This document shows, one piece after another, positions 62,480-64,000 of a stretch of DNA of 64,000 nucleotides. Position 1 is the stretch's first letter. Every line of letters starts with the position of its first letter. Origin of the DNA: Dicyema japonicum (taxonomy: Eukaryota; Animalia; Dicyemida); assembly GCA_011109175.1 (NCBI GenBank), contig RDEW01000027.1, positions 796,511-860,510 of the forward strand. Direction: 5' to 3'. Made by a program: the position numbers and the translations under genes. The notes beneath the pieces were generated by a model. The model saw only the letters and a program-made list of their open reading frames with translations. It ran no database searches and was not told the DNA's origin.

Positions 62480-63720
62480 GCTTTGGGCTGTTTCTCAATA
62501 GTGAGAGCTCATCTTGATAAAAAAAGACATGCTATGAAAAGAAACAACTTCTGACACAATCTCACCAATCTCCTATCTTTTCGAGCAATCGTCGACTAAT
62601 TTGAAGTTAGAGACAAAGTTGGACGTCTGAAGTGGACCAAGCTACTCGAGCATAATTCATAAAATATCTCGTGGTGAATTCCCTTAGATCCTCTACTAAG
62701 AACGATTTGTGATTCTTTCAAATGACCCTCCTGCGAATTTTTATTATATTTCTGACATTATTTAAGCTGGACAATGAACATACGAAACTCTCATATTTCT
62801 CTCGGAAGAATAGCGATTGAACAGAATACATGTAAGTCAAACTGGCTAAGTTTAAGAAGCAGCTCAAAGAAACAATAGTACCTGCCAAACAGAAATGAAA
62901 ATAACAGGTTTGACGATGATACGATGGATACATTTCGCCAATGTGGATATCGAAAGGCAAAGAAGGGTGAATTTGGGCGAATCCTGCTTGTATTCAGAAT
63001 GAGAAAAAAATTTGAACCCACAGATCTAGAAAAACCCCAGAAAAAAATTGATGAATATAAAGTTGCAGCCAATGACTCTATTGGCAGCTTCCTGGATTGC
63101 GGACAGTTTTAGGAGAGAAGATCTGGAAATAGTCATTGACCACGACTCATTTACGTATGTCAATGCCGGTTGTGCAAATTGCGATCATCGCAAGATAATA
63201 CGTGGAAATTAAACTCCAAATGTTCCACATTGGGATCGCATATCTGGATGTGTGCCATACCCCATAGACCTTGAGGAAAATTGCATGCTCAATTAATACA
63301 AGTCGGTTACAAATTGTATGAACAGAAAATTGACAGACTATATTGAGGCATACAGTCTGATCAGCGACAGTCAATTAAGAACTCGAGAATGCGTCAAGGG
63401 GCTAAGGTACAGGCAACAATTGACCAGTGAATTAACCAGCAGAATTGAAATAATTTAAAAATTGTGTGGATGGATGTAAAGAAAGCTTTTAACTTGGTTG
63501 ATCGTGATTTTCTGTATAGGTTTCTCGACAATTTGAATTTCCTTACTGGATCGTGAATTTCGTGAAAAACTTTGTCACAAAGTGGAAAATTAAGTTGAAT
63601 TTACGTTCAAAGAAATTTGGAAAATTAAAATGATGGGAAGATACTCCAAGGTGACTTTTGTCACCGTAGATATTCGTGATAGACCCATTGAACAGGATAT
63701 TAAATGCAACATACCCCAAA
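62480..63720 (+). mobile_element. Decayed R4/NeSL-like RT element (microsporidia-type)
   Basis: RMRQGAKVQA, LKIVWMDVKKAFNLVD, ILQGD.LSP, DPLNRILN. Confidence 0.7.
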
Positions 63721-64000
63721 GTGTGGCTTAGTGGTTAGGTGTCGGGCTTAAGTGGCTTAGGCTACGGGTTCGAATCTCGCTGCTGTTCACCTGCTGGAAG
63801 GTTCCACGCATCTACGATGCAGTAATGGTTTGACGAGTGACGCCGTCATCAGTGAATACTCACTGCGGAACTGGATTTGTCTAGAAAGGACACTCACACA
63901 AGAAAAAGAAAAAAGAAGTGAAGATCATTCCTTGGTTCTACGATTAGTTAAATTAACTGTTCTTTACTTAAATAAAGTGTGTGTCCTGCCTATGCGGAGC
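63721..64000 (+). mobile_element. tRNA-derived SINE (runs off the window)
   Basis: Fullest head TGGCTTAGTGGTTAGG...GGGTTCGAATCTCG; body matches 13463-13745. Confidence 0.88.

Overview
AT-rich eukaryotic DNA, almost certainly animal. About nine compact host genes sit as islands in decayed transposons: CFAP91, PPP1R36, RTRAF, a divergent IGF2BP/Imp, PGM3, PLEKHM1, EB1/MAPRE, PCYT2 and a possible tetraspanin. They are cut by dozens of ultra-short spliceosomal introns (mostly 21-28 nt, a few up to about 33 nt), which is why the ORF track is fragmented. This architecture resembles dicyemid mesozoans (inference only). RNA genes: U6 snRNA, tRNA-Ser(AGA), and three tandem 57-nt box C/D snoRNAs whose invariant guide matches the LSU rRNA peptidyl-transferase centre. 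Mobile DNA: RTE, CRE, Jockey/I-like LINEs, Penelope remnants, a tRNA-derived SINE, a Tigger/pogo element and two microsporidia-like RT/REL elements. Main observations: a covarying 3' RNA hairpin overlapping the ORF2 stop in a diverse LINE family, two 5'-inverted (twin-priming-like) insertions, a 39-nt locally templated insert, and a GT-TG intron. Recurrent one-base losses in homopolymers are probably assembly errors and limit frameshift-based claims. All homology calls come from manual translation and recalled family motifs; no searches were run.
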